Source: the human T2T-CHM13v2.0 reference genome, Homo sapiens
Length of the DNA stretch: 64,000 nucleotides
Assembly: GCF_009914755.1 (NCBI RefSeq)
Contig: NC_060935.1
Reading direction: 5' to 3' (one strand)
The translations under genes and the position numbers were made by a program. The notes beneath the pieces are model-generated. The model was given only the letters and a program-made list of their open reading frames with translations. It was not told the DNA's origin and searched no databases. Below, piece by piece: positions 35,400-49,890 of this stretch; position 1 is the stretch's first letter; each line of letters starts with the position of its first letter.

Positions 35400-35680
35400 A
35401 AAAATAAATACTTTTGAGGTATAATTTACCTATCTAGAAATACTGACATTTTAAAACCACATAGTTTAGTGAGTTTTAACAAACATATTTTTCTATGCAA
35501 CCCTACATTCCTATAGTTATAGGACATCTCCTTCACTCCAGAAACTTTCACTGAGTCCCCTCCCAGTAAATCCTCACCAACCTTCTCAGGTAAGATTTGT
35601 TTGGATGTCTGTCATCATAGATTAGACTTGCCTATTTTAGAGCTTCTTATGAAATCAGGCAGTAAATACTGTTTTATATG
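35400..35680 (-). mobile_element. Old L1M 3' end
   Basis: ttgaggtataatttac..gagttttaacaaacatat..catagattag. Confidence 0.55.
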
Positions 35681-37388
35681 TGAGTAATGAATTAAAGAGC
35701 AAAGAACTCTAGCCAAGGTAATGGTAGAAAGTTGTCTCAGGTGAGAGAGAGAGCAACATTCAAGAGATACATGTATCTTGAATATATATCAGGGTTGGCA
35801 CTGTATAAATATTTGTGTTGAGTAATATATTAACTGTAGGGTTTTAGAATCAATAACAACTTCATCGAATATTGGAAATTCCATGACATGAGAGAGACTA
35901 ACATTAGGAGTAGGCATTTCTCATCCTCCTCACATGATATCTTTTTCTCCCTTGTATTTGAGAGCTTACTCTGCATTTTAACCATGACTACATATATTTA
36001 GTAGATTATGAAAAACAAATCCTTGACCTTGAGAAGAAAAAAGTTGAGCCTAAAGAGTGCTTTATCTAGTATTTTATCCAAAGTGTACCTAAAGCACTCC
36101 AAAGAAGTTTTACATTAAAAGATAATTTTACCATGTTTATAAATACCGTAATGAAATGCCGAAGTTGTATAACTTATTACACTCTATGCATTATCTTCCT
36201 GCCACTGAATTGATAATATCTTTTTAATGTGTATAAGTAATTCAGCCTTCCCTAAAATATATCATCTTGTCAAAATAAAGAAATTTTCAAATCCCTTTTG
36301 ACTGTATGCTTGATATACTATTGAAGGAGAATTTTCCATATTTAGAAGAAACGTAGTCTAAAATATTCAACATTGGCAACTAGGGACTTCAAATCTATGG
36401 ATGCCACACAAATTCAGATTATGCGTGGAGACCTCTAAATTAGATTTTATTAGCAAAGATTATGTAACTAACATCTTCATAAATACTGCCTACACCCAGT
36501 AGTCCACATTGGAAGGTCATATGCTTATTTTTCACTTATTTCTTGCTACAGGAATGGTTCAAATACAAAGTTATAGAGAACCAGAAAAAAATATTTTTTC
36601 TTACCATATTTCTTGCTCATTTTTAATGCACTGCCATCCTAATCACTTAATCCTAATATTGCATCTATACTCAGAAAACAAAGATATGTCACAGTTGGGG
36701 AAAATCTTAAGAACATGCTTCAACTTCAAAAGCAAACCCAAAAGAAATGTCCTAAAATGTGAGCAAAAACAGCATTATTAGAGTAAGAAAAACACTTTTG
36801 AAGGTTATATTACTCATGTGGATTATATATAGATACACACAGAAGCTAATACAAGTACATCAAGAATAAATTTCACAATTGCTATTTTAGCTATAACAAC
36901 CTTCTGAAAACTCTAAGCCAACAAAATGTTTATTTATTCTGTCTGTGCCAGGCAAAGGATCTACAATACCAAATAAGGCCTATACCTTCTCTACTTCCAT
37001 GGTACAGATGCACTAAATAAATAATTACAAAAATAATTATTGAATTTTTTTGACCTGTGTGCATGAAAAAAATCTCTGAATATATCATTGAACTGAGCAT
37101 ACCTCTTTTTTATATGCTCAGTTCAATAATATGTTCAGAGATTTTTTTGGCATCTCTTCTTTCTGTGGACTCTCAGTTGAACTTTGACTCACAGGCATTG
37201 TGTGTAGTCATGTCATTTCCTTGCCCATACCACCTCAAAAATCGAAGGTAGGAAAAGTATGACTAGAAAAAATCTGGTGGAGGCAGGTATCTGACAACAA
37301 ATAATTACCAGTAGACAGCAGACCATTTATAACAATGTTGAAAAGAGACAGAACAATAGCTTAGTTCAATAATTCAATATTTTCCTAA

Positions 37389-37689
<301 letters not shown>

Positions 37690-38332
37690 TAACTCTTATC
37701 TTTATATAAATAACTTCATATTTAAAAGAAACATAACCTGGAAGTTCAAGCAAATAAAATCCATAAATGTAGAGTGGCTATTAAGGTAATTGGAAGATAA
37801 AACATGGCGATGGTAAAGAAATAACAGCTTGTATTTATTCTCATCTATGACCACTTCAAGTACCAAACCTGATGGATCTCACAAATGTTCCTTAGAAACT
37901 TTAGGGTTTATTACATTGTCTTAAAAACAACCATAATGGATACCATTACTCCAATAGAAAAAGTTTTAATTCAACTCACTATCTTGTTTAAAAGACGACA
38001 ATTGTAAAAACAATACAAATATACATTTATAAAGTGTTAATACTGGTAAAATGGAAGGCGTCTTTGATTAATGTGGAAAATCTTAGATTTAGATTTAGTT
38101 CTGCCTTTCGGCGTACATTTCTTAGTCACTGTTTCTTGTTGATTTTTCTTGCTATTGTAATAAATTAATAAACTTACATGTTTAAATAATACAAACTTAT
38201 TATCTTTCAGCTCTGAAGACTGGAAGTCTGACATGAAACTAAAATTAAGGTGCTAAAATTAGGGATAGAATTAAGGTGCTAGAAAAAACCGTTTTTTTGT
38301 TTTTTGCTTTTTGTTTTTGTCTGGAGGTTCTA

Positions 38333-40900
38333 TATTGTGTAAATATTGTGACCCTCCAAAATTCATGTTGAAACCTAATTCCTAATGCAAAATATTGAGA
38401 AATGGGGTCATTAGGAGCCAATTGGGCCAGGAGGGCTCTGTGTTCATGATGGCTTAATGCTTTATAAAGTGACTTGAGGGGAATAAGTTTACCCCTTCAT
38501 TCCTCCTGTCATGTGAGGATACAGTATTAATCTCCTTGAAGAGTTTTCAGCAACAAGGCACCATTTTGGAAGCAGAGAGTAGCCCTCATCAAACATCAAA
38601 CCTGTTGATGCCTTGATCTTGGACTTCCAAAAATAAATTTTTGCTCTTTATAAATTACACAGCCTAAGGTACTTTGTTATAGCAATGAAATGACACTAAG
38701 ACAAATATTAGTATGGAGAAATGGAGTGTTCCTCTAATTAATACCTAAAAATGTTCGTACAGTTTTGCAACTGGGAAAAAGATAAAGCTGACAGTAAAGG
38801 ACTATCCTGGTGAGAGCTCAGAAGAGGAGAGTTGTAGGGAGAGCCTAAATATTCTTAGAGATTACTTAAGTGATTTTAATCTGAATTCTGCTAGAAATAT
38901 GGACAGCCATGGCCATTCTGATGAAGTCTTAGATGGAAATGTGAAATATGTTATTGGAAACTAGACAAAAGGCAACATTTCTTATGAAGTGGCAAATAAC
39001 TTGGCTAGATTATGTCCATATTTTATTGCTTTTTGGAAAGCAGAATTTAAGAGCAACAAACTAGTATATTTGGCAGAAGACATCTCTAAGCAATGTGTTC
39101 AAAGTGCTGCATGGTTTCTCTTGGCAACTTATAGTAAAAGTTGAGAATGGAGAGTGAGTTAAAGACATAATTTTTAATTAAAAGAGAAGCAGAGCTTCAA
39201 GATTAGGAAAATTATCAGCCTGACCAGATTTTAAAGAATCAAAAGCTGTGTTTGGGAAAGAATACCAAGGGTGTAGCCAAGTGACGTTTTGATAAGAACA
39301 TTAGTATGAATAGAAGGAAGTCAGATGCTATCCATCAAGACAATAGAAGAAAGACCCTTAAAGCATTTCAGAAATTATTGGTCCTGCCACTCCTATCACA
39401 GGCCCAAAGTGCCAGGGCCTTGTGGAAAGGACAATTTAAAAGAAGAAAACAAGGGTACCTAAGGAAACTTAGGGCTTGCTACTCAGAGCTTCCTAAAATC
39501 TCTGCTCTAAAATCACAGTGCAGCTCTCCTTAGCTGACCCAGCTGTGGCTCAAGCAGTCCTAGCTGTGGCTCAAACTGCTGCTTGGAGTCACAAGCTGTA
39601 AACTTTGGCAAAATGCACATGGTGTCAACTCTCAAGGTGCACAGAGTGCAGGATTTGTGGAGGCATAGCTATCAACTCCTAGATTTCAAAACCAACACCT
39701 AGATTTCAAATGGTACATTAGAGAGCTTTGGGGCCCAGGCAAAGAACTCTACAGGAGGAGGACTACCACCGAAAATTCCCACTAGGGCAATGCCTACTGA
39801 AGCGATGGGGTTGAAGCCACTGCAGAGAGTCCCCATTAGGTCAATGTTTAGTGGAGCCATGGGGGCAGGTGGGTCGGAGAGAACTCCACTAGGGCAATGC
39901 CCAGCATAGCTGTGGAATGGGGCCAGGAAGAAAGCCTCCAATATGACAAAACATATTGGAACCATTGGATCAGGGCCTCTAGGGTACTCCAAATCTGTAA
40001 AGACACCAGTGTGCAATGCCAGCCTGGGAAAGCCACAGGTACAAGATACAAATCCATTAAAGGAACAGTGTGGGCTGTGCTCAGCAAAGCTGTGAGGGTT
40101 GGGCAGCCTAGCGCCTTAGGGGCCAAACCCTTTTCTCAGTGTGTTCTGAAGGAAGGGTATAGAGTCAAGGAAGGATTATTCCTTGATAATTATTTTCAGC
40201 CTCAAAATTTAATGTTTGCTTTGTTGAGTTTTAGACTTACTTGAGACCTATTACCTCTTTCTTCCTATTCCTTCCTTTTTGGAATGGAAATATCTGTCTT
40301 TTGTCTGTCCTACATTTGTGTTTTGGAAGCACATAACTTATTTGATCTCACATGCTCACAACTAGAGAGAAATTTGCCATAGGATTAATTGTACCTTAAG
40401 TGTCACCATCAGATTTAGATGATATTTAGATAAGATTCGGGACTTTAAACGTTTGAGTTGATTTTGGAGCAATTTAAAACTTTGGGGATATTTATTAAAA
40501 TATGAATATATCTTCAATGCAAGAAAAACATGAATATTTGAGTTTCCTCAAAAAGTTACATTGAAACTTAATCCCCAGTGCAATAGTGTTAAGCAATGGG
40601 GCCTTTTAAAGGTGATTAGGTCATGAGGTCTTTGTACTCATGAATAGAGTAGTGCTTGAGGGATTGAATTTACCCGTTCATCCCTTCTGCTTTGTGAGAA
40701 TACAGCATCTGTCCCCTCTGGAAGATGTAGCAACGAGGCACCATCTTGAAAACAGAGAGCTGTCTCACCAGAAAACAAACTTGCCAGTGCCTTGGTCTTG
40801 AACTTCCCAGCCTCCAGAATTGTAAGAAAAAAATTTCTGTTCTTTAAAAATTATTCAGTCTAAGGTATTTTGCTATGGCAGCATAAGTAAAACTAATATA
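38333..40900 (+). mobile_element. MST-type (MSTC/D-like) MaLR provirus, LTR-int-LTR
   Basis: Two related LTRs (~38333-38703 and ~40535-40900) flank MST-int with repeated cccactagggcaatgcc. Confidence 0.75.
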
Positions 40901-41895
40901 CTTGAGAAAGAATCTTGCCTATTTCAGCTTTGTAAGCCACCAACTTTTATTAACTAATGGATACCTTCTATTTTCTAAGTCAGTAACATAGCATCTCTTT
41001 GGCCAGTCTTCGTTTTCTCACATTCATTTCTTTGATCCCCTTTTTCTGCCTCCCCTTTCTACTTTAATGATTATTTTTATTACACGTGGCCTACTTGAAT
41101 AATCTAGCCCAAACCCTTCATTGTCTTTCAGAACCTGGGAAAAGTTCTTTTTAGACTTGGCCCCATTTTTGGGGAGTGTGGCTCCACTGTTAAATAATCG
41201 TAACTTCATCAACAGTAGAACCTGGTTGTAGTTGAGTAGTTTGATTGGCACATTTCTTGCTTGTTGAATTTTGGGGGTCTGTCAATCTTCTTTAACATAG
41301 TTTTCTTCTCTCTTCAGTCCATCTAGTGATGTTTCTGCTGATATAACATTTTCAAGAACCTTAAGAATATCTTGTGTATTAGACAAGAGGCTCCTCAACA
41401 GATTTTTCTTAGATAATCTCATCTTTACTTTTAGCTTTTACTGAGATAGTGAACGAAACCACGTCCTATTTCTGAGATATGAAAAAAAGATTGTCCAGCC
41501 ATACTTTCAGGGTATTTTTTTTCTCTAAATAAGGCTTTTCTGACAGTAAATTTGTAATTTTAGCATCTTTTGCAATCCAAGTAAGCTGAGAATTTTCAAA
41601 GTCATCAAATCCTGATTCCTTTATTGCTTAATAGTTCTTTCCCCAATTGTTTATTTTCCTCTTGCATTTTGCTGTAAGCAGCAAGAAGAAATTAAGCTAC
41701 ATATTTAAAACATTGCTTGGAAATCTCCTCAGCTAAGTATTAAAATTCTTCATTTATGTTTTGCTTTTCACATAAGTATAGAAAACATTTCATCTATGCT
41801 TTTTGCAGCTATGCATAAGAGTTCCTTTCCTTCAGTTTTCAAAAACATATTTCTCTTTTCATCTAAGGAATTACCAACAATACCTTTAATTTTAA

Positions 41896-42195
<300 letters not shown>

Positions 42196-42788
42196 AAATG
42201 TGCATATTTTTACTGACATTCTTTTAGTGACAATTAAGTCATTCTCTAAGATTATATATATTTTTCTCTCCCATGCCCCTCATTTTCTCCTGAGCCCTCA
42301 ATAGAAGAATTATGTATATCCATGTTCCTACTAATAGTACATGAAAGGCAACCTAGGATTTTTCTATGATGTTTTTGAAGTTCTTCCAGCCTCTGTTCAC
42401 TGCTCAAACACAAAGCCACTTCTGCATTTTTAGATATTTGTGATAGAATCACATCACTTCCAGGTAACAAAACCTACATTACTTTCCTATTTCTGCTATA
42501 ACATATTATCACTTCATGACTTAAAGCATATATATTTATTATTTTATAATTTCAAAGATCAGAAATCTCACATGGATTACACTAAACTCAAGTTGTAAAT
42601 AGGGCTTTTGGAGGCTCTAAAAAGAGCCTTCCCTCTTCCAGCTTCTAGATTCCACCCACTTTCCTTGGCTCCTGGGCTCCTTCCTCCATCTTCAAAGCCA
42701 GAAATATTGGGCTGACTCTTGCCATCTCTGGTTCTATTTTTTGACTACTTCTCCCATTTTTAAGAATTCTTGTAATGACTTTGGGCAC

Positions 42789-43141
42789 TATCTTAGTTGG
42801 CCCAACTTGCAATAACAAAATACCTTAGACTTCATAGTTTTTAAGCAACAGAAATTTATTTCTTATAGTTCTAGAGGCTTGGAAGTCCAGGATGAGGGTG
42901 CCAGCATGGTCAGGTTCTATGAGGACCCTCTTCTGTTTATATTTATTATTGTGTCCTCACATGGTGGAAGCGGTAAGGCAGCTCTCTGGGGCCTCTTTTA
43001 TAAAGGCACTAATCTCATTCATGAAGATGGAGCCCTCATAATGTGATCACCTCTCAAAGGTTCTACCTTCTAATGTGATCATTTTGGTGATTAGGATGCA
43101 AGGTATTAATTTTGTGGGACATGAACATTCAGACTATAACA
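42789..43141 (-). mobile_element. MLT1A-type solo LTR with 5-bp TSD GGCAC
   Basis: ggcac at 42784-42788 and 43142-43146; MaLR LTR body. Confidence 0.8.
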
Positions 43142-43159
43142 GGCACACCTGAATAATCT

Positions 43160-43166
<7 letters not shown>

Positions 43167-43207
<41 letters not shown>

Positions 43208-43481
43208 TCATATAGGGTCTCACCCTGTCATCCAGGCTGGAGTACAAATGACTGGATCACCATTTACTGCAGTCTCGACCTCCTGGATGCAAACATTTCT
43301 CCCACCTCAGCCTCCCAAGTAGCTAGGACTACTAGAGCTTGCCACTACACCCAGCTAATATTTTGTATTTTTTGTAGAGAGAGGGTTTTGCTATGTTTGC
43401 CAAGCTGGTCTCGAACTCCTAGGCTCAAGCGATCTGTCGGCCTCGGCATCCCAAAGTGCTGGGATTACAAGCATGAGCTGC
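43167..43481 (-). mobile_element. AluJ with a (CT)n-converted tail
   Basis: (CT)n at 43167-43207 followed by an antisense Alu dimer. Confidence 0.87.
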
Positions 43482-45039
43482 AGAGTTTTCCAATCTACTT
43501 TAAGACCAGCTTATTATCAACCTTACTTCATTGTACAATCTCTATTTTTCTTTGCCATGTAACCTGACATATTCACAGATTCCATAAATTAGAACACAGA
43601 CATCTTTGAGAGACAAATATTCTGCCTACCACAATGCCCTACTTTCTTTTTCTCTAGAAAAGATTTTAATAATATGTTTGAACATGTTGGTTTTAAGGCT
43701 TAATAAATTTTACAAATATATATGGAAGCTTTTTTGTGTGTTATAAAGTGATATATAGGTTGAATTTATTTTGATCATATAAATTTGTTTTACAAAATAT
43801 ATGAGAAACATGCCTATAAGACATATCTAAAATGTTAAAAACTTGTGTGCATTTGAAATGATTCCATGAAGAAATTAAGATGAAGAAACTGGTAAGAATG
43901 ATTAAAAACAATAATACCATTTTCTAGTCATTTAACAGATATGCCTGGCAAAAGTATTAGGTTCTTTTTACTGATTAGTTTAAACCCTCACAGCAATCAA
44001 TAAAATGAAGATTTACAATCTGCATTTTATAGACACTAAAGCTGGGTCCAAAAATGGCCCAATAATGCAAATGCAAAGTCAAGTTATTAAGTAGCACAGG
44101 CAGAGTTTGAGCTTCAAATGCCTTAGTCTTTTCACTACTATGATTTCTCTTTCTCTCTTGTAACATAAGAAATAAATACATATTTTTTAATTAGTCACTT
44201 ACTGACATACAGGACGTTTCTGGAGTATAACTTAACCCACTCTAGCAGATAAACTTTCCAAATTTTAAAAAATATTTTGAATATAATTATATCTAGTTTA
44301 AGTACATATTAGTATGAATATATGTTTTATGTATAAAAAATGGAATAAAACCCATATAATATAAAGGAGGTTGTGTTTATATGCAGATTAAGGGTTCAGT
44401 TAAGAACAATTTCAGGAGAGACATAGTTTTGTTACTTTTTTAAGGATGGAATAGAATTTAACCTGAACAAACTGGTGTTAAGAGAAGGCTTGTGGAAAGA
44501 TGGAAGGTAATTCCAGAAAGTGGAACCAATAAAAACAAATGTAGAAATGTGGGACACTTTACATTTGTTTAGAAACATTTGGCTGACGTGTAGTTTGCAT
44601 GAGAAGGAGGAGTGAGAAATAAGGCATGAGAGGCAAAGCAGGGACAGACTGGTTCAGAGGCTTCACCTTTAAGGTGAGAAGTTTGCACTTAATTTAGTAG
44701 CCAATCTGGAGTCATGGAAGAACTCTGATTCAGAGGGAATTGCATATAATATAATTGATCTTATATCCTGGCATTTTAATGTTAAAAAATATTTTCTGAG
44801 TATGTAACATACAGACAAACTATAATTATTACATGAGGATTTTGAGAAATGGATACAGGTATTTTTGTTTGTTTCCTTTTTTGAAGTTCTGGCTCTGCAT
44901 ATTTCAAACCCTGCGTCTACTGTGTTTCCACATGTCACACACTATGGAGCATATTCATATTGCAATGCAACTTTAAACTCTTCACCTTGATGTACTTTGC
45001 AAGATTTATTGGCACAGTAAGCAGTAAGAAGAGTCCTAG

Positions 45040-45370
45040 GAGCCATTTTTATACCGGGATAGCTAATATGATTATACATGAATATGACTACAGGTACAGA
45101 ATACCTACTAAATCTGAAGAAAATGTATCTCCAGATTCAGTCTTCCCTTGGCTGAGTTTCAAAATTGCCCACAGTAACTACAAATCGGGTGGCATAAGGG
45201 AAGTTGGAGTGGAAATAGAAAGTAGTCATAACTAATTTTAGTTAAAATGTTTTTTTTTTTCAAATTTAAAAAAAATATGTGACCATGTGAGCACATTTTC
45301 TTTAGAGCACATTTTAGGACCTTAGGAAAGTTCTGTGTAAGTGAGGGTCTCTGGAACTTTGCTTCATTAC
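45040..45370 (-). mobile_element. hAT-type MITE (MER96B-like), interrupted by an MST LTR
   Basis: atatgtgaccatgtgagcacatt..gtgagggtctctggaactttgcttcatta resembles the recalled consensus. Confidence 0.35.
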
Positions 45371-45779
45371 TATCCTAGCTTATTTTCTGTTGCTTATAAT
45401 AGAATACCTGCAAGTGGGTAATTTATACAGAAAAATGATTTTTTTTCTTACAGTTATGGAGGCTGAGAAGTCCAAGGATGAGGGCTGCATTTGGTGAGGG
45501 CCTTCTTGCTGGTGGGAACTCTGCAAAGTCCTGAGGTGGAAGAGGGCATCATCTAGGTGAGGGGGCTGAGTGTGCTAGTTCAGGTCTCTCTTCCTCTTCT
45601 GAAGAAGCAACCAGTATGACTACCATGATAACCTTTTAAACCATTAACCCATTCATCCATGAATCCATAAATGGATTAATCCATTTATGAGGGCACCTTA
45701 TAAAGGTCCCAAATCTCAATGCTGCCACACTGGGAATTGTTAATACAAGTTGGAGGAGACAAACATTCAAACTATAGCC
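45371..45779 (-). mobile_element. MST-type solo LTR
   Basis: cttacagttatggaggctgagaagtccaagg..aaacattcaaactatagc. Confidence 0.75.
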
Positions 45780-47887
45780 CTTAGTTTTATAATGAAAATG
45801 CTTCCGTATGCAATACCTCCTCCTGACCTATACTTCTGGAGCATATATTTGAAATCAGGTTGGGCTTTGAGCATAAGCTTCATTAGATCAGGGATTTATG
45901 CTTGTTGCTGTCCTAGATGCCTACTTTAAGTGTAGTTTAGAATAGGCCTTCCAAAGAGTCTTTGGCATGACTGAATACATGAATGAACTATATCTATCTT
46001 TATTTTAATTTTAATGAGTTCCTGGTTATCAAATTCAAGTAATTCACCTATTCATCAACAGTTACACTTTTCTAAAATAGCATATGCAGCTACATGATTT
46101 TAGAGAACATAAGTTGTCCTAAAGATATTCTTTGGCATTTCTGACCATTGCTACTACTCCTATGAAGAAACGATGAAGTAAAATTTAGTTTCCTACTGAA
46201 GAAAATGCCTGATTAAGAATATAAATTTAGAATGAGGTATGAATTATTTTAAGAAGACTAATAATGGAGAGTTAAGATTATAAGAAAGAAGAAAAACTTG
46301 CTTAAAAGCAATCAAAATAGGTTACTTTTCTTTCATTCTTCTTTCTCAGCCACCTGATACTCTTAGAAATTATTTAAGTATATTTTTAAGGCTTCCAACA
46401 AACTTAAATAAGTAATGTTATCACATTTTACAGTGAAAAATATTAAGGCATAGAGCATTTAAATAACTTGCTCAAAATCTCAGTAGATGAATGCTGAAGC
46501 TAAAGTTTGAACTAAGAACTAAGGTCTATTATCGTTTCTCCTGATGATTACAATCACCTGTGAAACATAAGAATATGTGAACATTCCATCTGTAATTTAA
46601 TATATAAGGAGAAATTACAGGTGGAATGGTCACATATTCTTTATGTTTCACATCGTATTATAAATGTCTCCACTTAGACTCCTAAAAAATTAACTTGGGT
46701 GCTCATTCTGACTTTTTGTTCATTCTTTTATAGAAGAGTATTCACTTACTTGGGACGATCCCAATGGTAATTTTGAAGAAGATGCATTTGGTAGTTAATG
46801 AAAAATGTGGCTATTCTTCTTTTTACCTTGTGAACCTTTTAAGTCTTGGGTTGAAGTACATGTGATATTTTACTTTGAGAGAATCTGCAAGATGATAAAA
46901 GAAGGCTACAGGTCAAATAGGGAGGAGAGAGAGGGATTGTAGTTAAAGGTAAGCTAAGTGATTTAGAGCAGGTTAAGACAGAAAGGAAAGCAAACGACAC
47001 TAATGAAAGGCGAGCTAGAATGGGTTGAAAGCAGTCGTCTGTCTTTAAAGGAGATCAACTGGATAATAAATGCAATGTATTCACTTCAGATCCTTATAGA
47101 GCTAAAAATTCAATATTTTATTATATTTAAATTATTAAGAGAAGCAAATGGGATGAGGAGAAGTCAGAGCAAAGGATACATTTCTCCTAATGTCAAAGAA
47201 GAATGTGCATAAAATATAGATCACACAAGTATTACAGATCAAAGAGACAAGTGAGGTCCAAGGTCTGAGTGGAGCACAGCTGCAGTATGACTCATATGAA
47301 CAGTGCTTGCTGAATTCATATTCACAGGAGTATCATAAACAAATGAAAGAAGTCCCTGGGTCATAATCTCCCTAGTTCCCTGATGTAATTTGCAGTGACT
47401 CAGACTTTCATGGTTTCAATTCTATCTTTCATTTGTACTATTTTTTTAATTCAATTTAACTTGGTCTAACCAAAAGCAAAACAGTAAATATGTGTGTGTG
47501 TGTGTGATTTTACAGAGACATTTCAGCTATCCAACATTTTGGAAGATAAGCTCTGAAGCTTCACTCTAGAAGCCTGAGAAATCTGAAAGCAGAATATTAC
47601 CTTGAGCAATGAATAATGTATGAAGAAAATCCATACCATGTAATTTCTTGAATGCCAGCACTCAATTTCTGTTTTGATCCTCTTATTTCCCATGCACATT
47701 TTATGGTATGTCACTATAAGTCCTTTTAGAAAGCAAGTAATATATATATTACAAATGAATACACAGATAGGCCTGGAAATCAGATGCCTCATAACACAGC
47801 TTTGCCACTTACTTGCTTTGTAACATTAGTTTATTATTCAATCTCCCTGGGCTCCAACTTCCTCAGCTCCATGGTATAAGGTCTAAT

Positions 47888-48190
47888 TTTTTGTTTGTTT
47901 GTTTGTTTTGAGCTGGAGTCTCACTCTGTCGCCCAGGCTGGAGTGCAATGCACGATCTCGGCTCACTGCAGACTCTACCTCCTGGGTTCAGGTGATTCTC
48001 CTGCCTCAGCCTCTGGAGTAGCTGAGATTACAGGCGCCTGCCACAATGCCTGGGTAATTTCTGAGTTTTTAGTAGAGATGGGGTTTCACCGTTTCGACCA
48101 GGCTGGTCTCGAACTCCTGACCTCAAGTGATCCGCCTGCCTTGGTCTCCCAAAGTGCTGGGATTACAGGTGTGAGCCACCGTGCCCACCC
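47888..48190 (-). mobile_element. AluSx-like
   Basis: Full dimer; perfect TSD tataaggtctaat at 47875-47887 and 48191-48203. Confidence 0.94.
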
Positions 48191-48202
48191 TATAAGGTCT
48201 AA

Positions 48203-48685
48203 TGTTAAGGCCCAATATTATGTGCTGCCGTGATATCTGCAAAACCTGGGAGTTCCTTGAATGGCCTCATTACAAGTTTCCCTCTACACTCTGTTCCCAC
48301 AGATAAGGTCCCTTAGCAAAACAATTATCTTAACCAAGGGAACCAAGAGCAGTTTATACTTATTCCTGAGTAATGGGTTTCAGTCTCAGCCAACTGCAAA
48401 ATTATTCAAACAAGCCAGTCTCACCCTCATGTGAGAATGAGGTGTCACTTCACTCTCTTGGTGCCACAAAGCTACCTACCACATTCCCGGCTTATTACTC
48501 TTATTTTCTTCCAAGAACAACCATGCTATGGCCCTGCATGTTATGCGATGCCCTCCTCTTCTAAGCTATGAGTACGTGTGGCTAATAAAAGTGCTATCAA
48601 TTTCATCTGTCCAAGCTAGGGAACTTCCATTACCCTATGGGAATTCCTTTCTCCCTAATTGGGTGAAGAGTTGGTTATCAAAGTA
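48203..48685 (+). mobile_element. ERVL-class solo LTR (MER54/73/74 group, name uncertain)
   Basis: tgttaaggcccaa..gtgctgcc..gataaggtccc; AATAAA near 48584. Confidence 0.5.
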
Positions 48686-49890
48686 ATGTCCCATCCAACT
48701 TTGTCATGTTGTAATTGATACATAAAGATACTTTAGACAGAGAAACCTGGTAATCCTACTTCTCACTGGCCACACGGTTCCTCCCAACTTGTATTTGTCA
48801 GTCTATTCCCCACATTAATTCCATGCAGGAGCAAATCTAGCACAAATGTTCTTCTACTACATAACCCAGGTAGGGGTTCTTTATATGTGATATTTATTGT
48901 TCTTTGCTCTAAATTATGTGAAGACAGGTAACAATTTCCTACCTGATCAAATGACAATTTATACTTTCATAGTAGTCTTAAAGGCCTTTGGGAAACTGTG
49001 TTTCCATTTGTTGTGAAGCTATTAAAATAAAAATCTTTATTTTCACCTTTAGTAACTCTACTGTAAAAACAGGAAAATTATTGTACTTAATTGCTGGAAA
49101 ATAACAGATATATATAGATATATAAACCTATTAGCAGGTCTGCCATAGACTACATCCTGGTAATTTTTGTTCCACAAAATTTTCAGCCTATTTTCACAAA
49201 ATATCTGAAGACAAATACCATCACTTAAGTCTAAAATATCACGGTTGAAAATTGCGTGTTATTAATACTTCACTTTAGGGCTTTTGCTCTAGTTATTTCT
49301 AACACCCCTGCTTTCAAATATCTGTGCTACCTGCTTCATCTGATTCAAATGCTATTCATGATAACTACTATATTTATTATTATAAGAGGTGTTCCCTTGG
49401 AGCAACTCCACTATCCTTTACCCTCTTCTATGTTTTTTGTTTTTCTTTGCCATTATATTCTTTGCCATCCAATATAGGATATAATTTACTTTCTGAAAAG
49501 TATTATATTATCTATACTTCAACTAGACTATACGATCCATAAAATTTGGAATATTTTATTCATTGAAGTAATCCAAGTAACTAGACCATGTTTAGAACAT
49601 AATAGGAGCTCTATAATACGTATTGAATAAACAAATTATATTTCCATCTGTATCTTCTAAGTGGCTCCAGAAAAGGCTATGAGTTAGTTTGGCCATCTTT
49701 TAATTTCTTCTGTGAGAAGGCCAAATGATAGAATTATTTTCACTTTATATACACAAAAAGCAGAGGATTAGAGATATTTCATGAATAACCCATGGGTATG
49801 CAGCTAGTAAATTAGGACATTAGAGTTCAAACCTTAGATTTTTCTTCTGTAAAATCAAAATAGTTATAGAATCTACCTCTCATGTTATGG

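Noticed and set aside
35759-35782. Palindrome ttcaagagatacatgtatcttgaa
   Set aside because: Isolated and short (14-bp perfect core); plausible by chance in 64 kb of AT-rich DNA.
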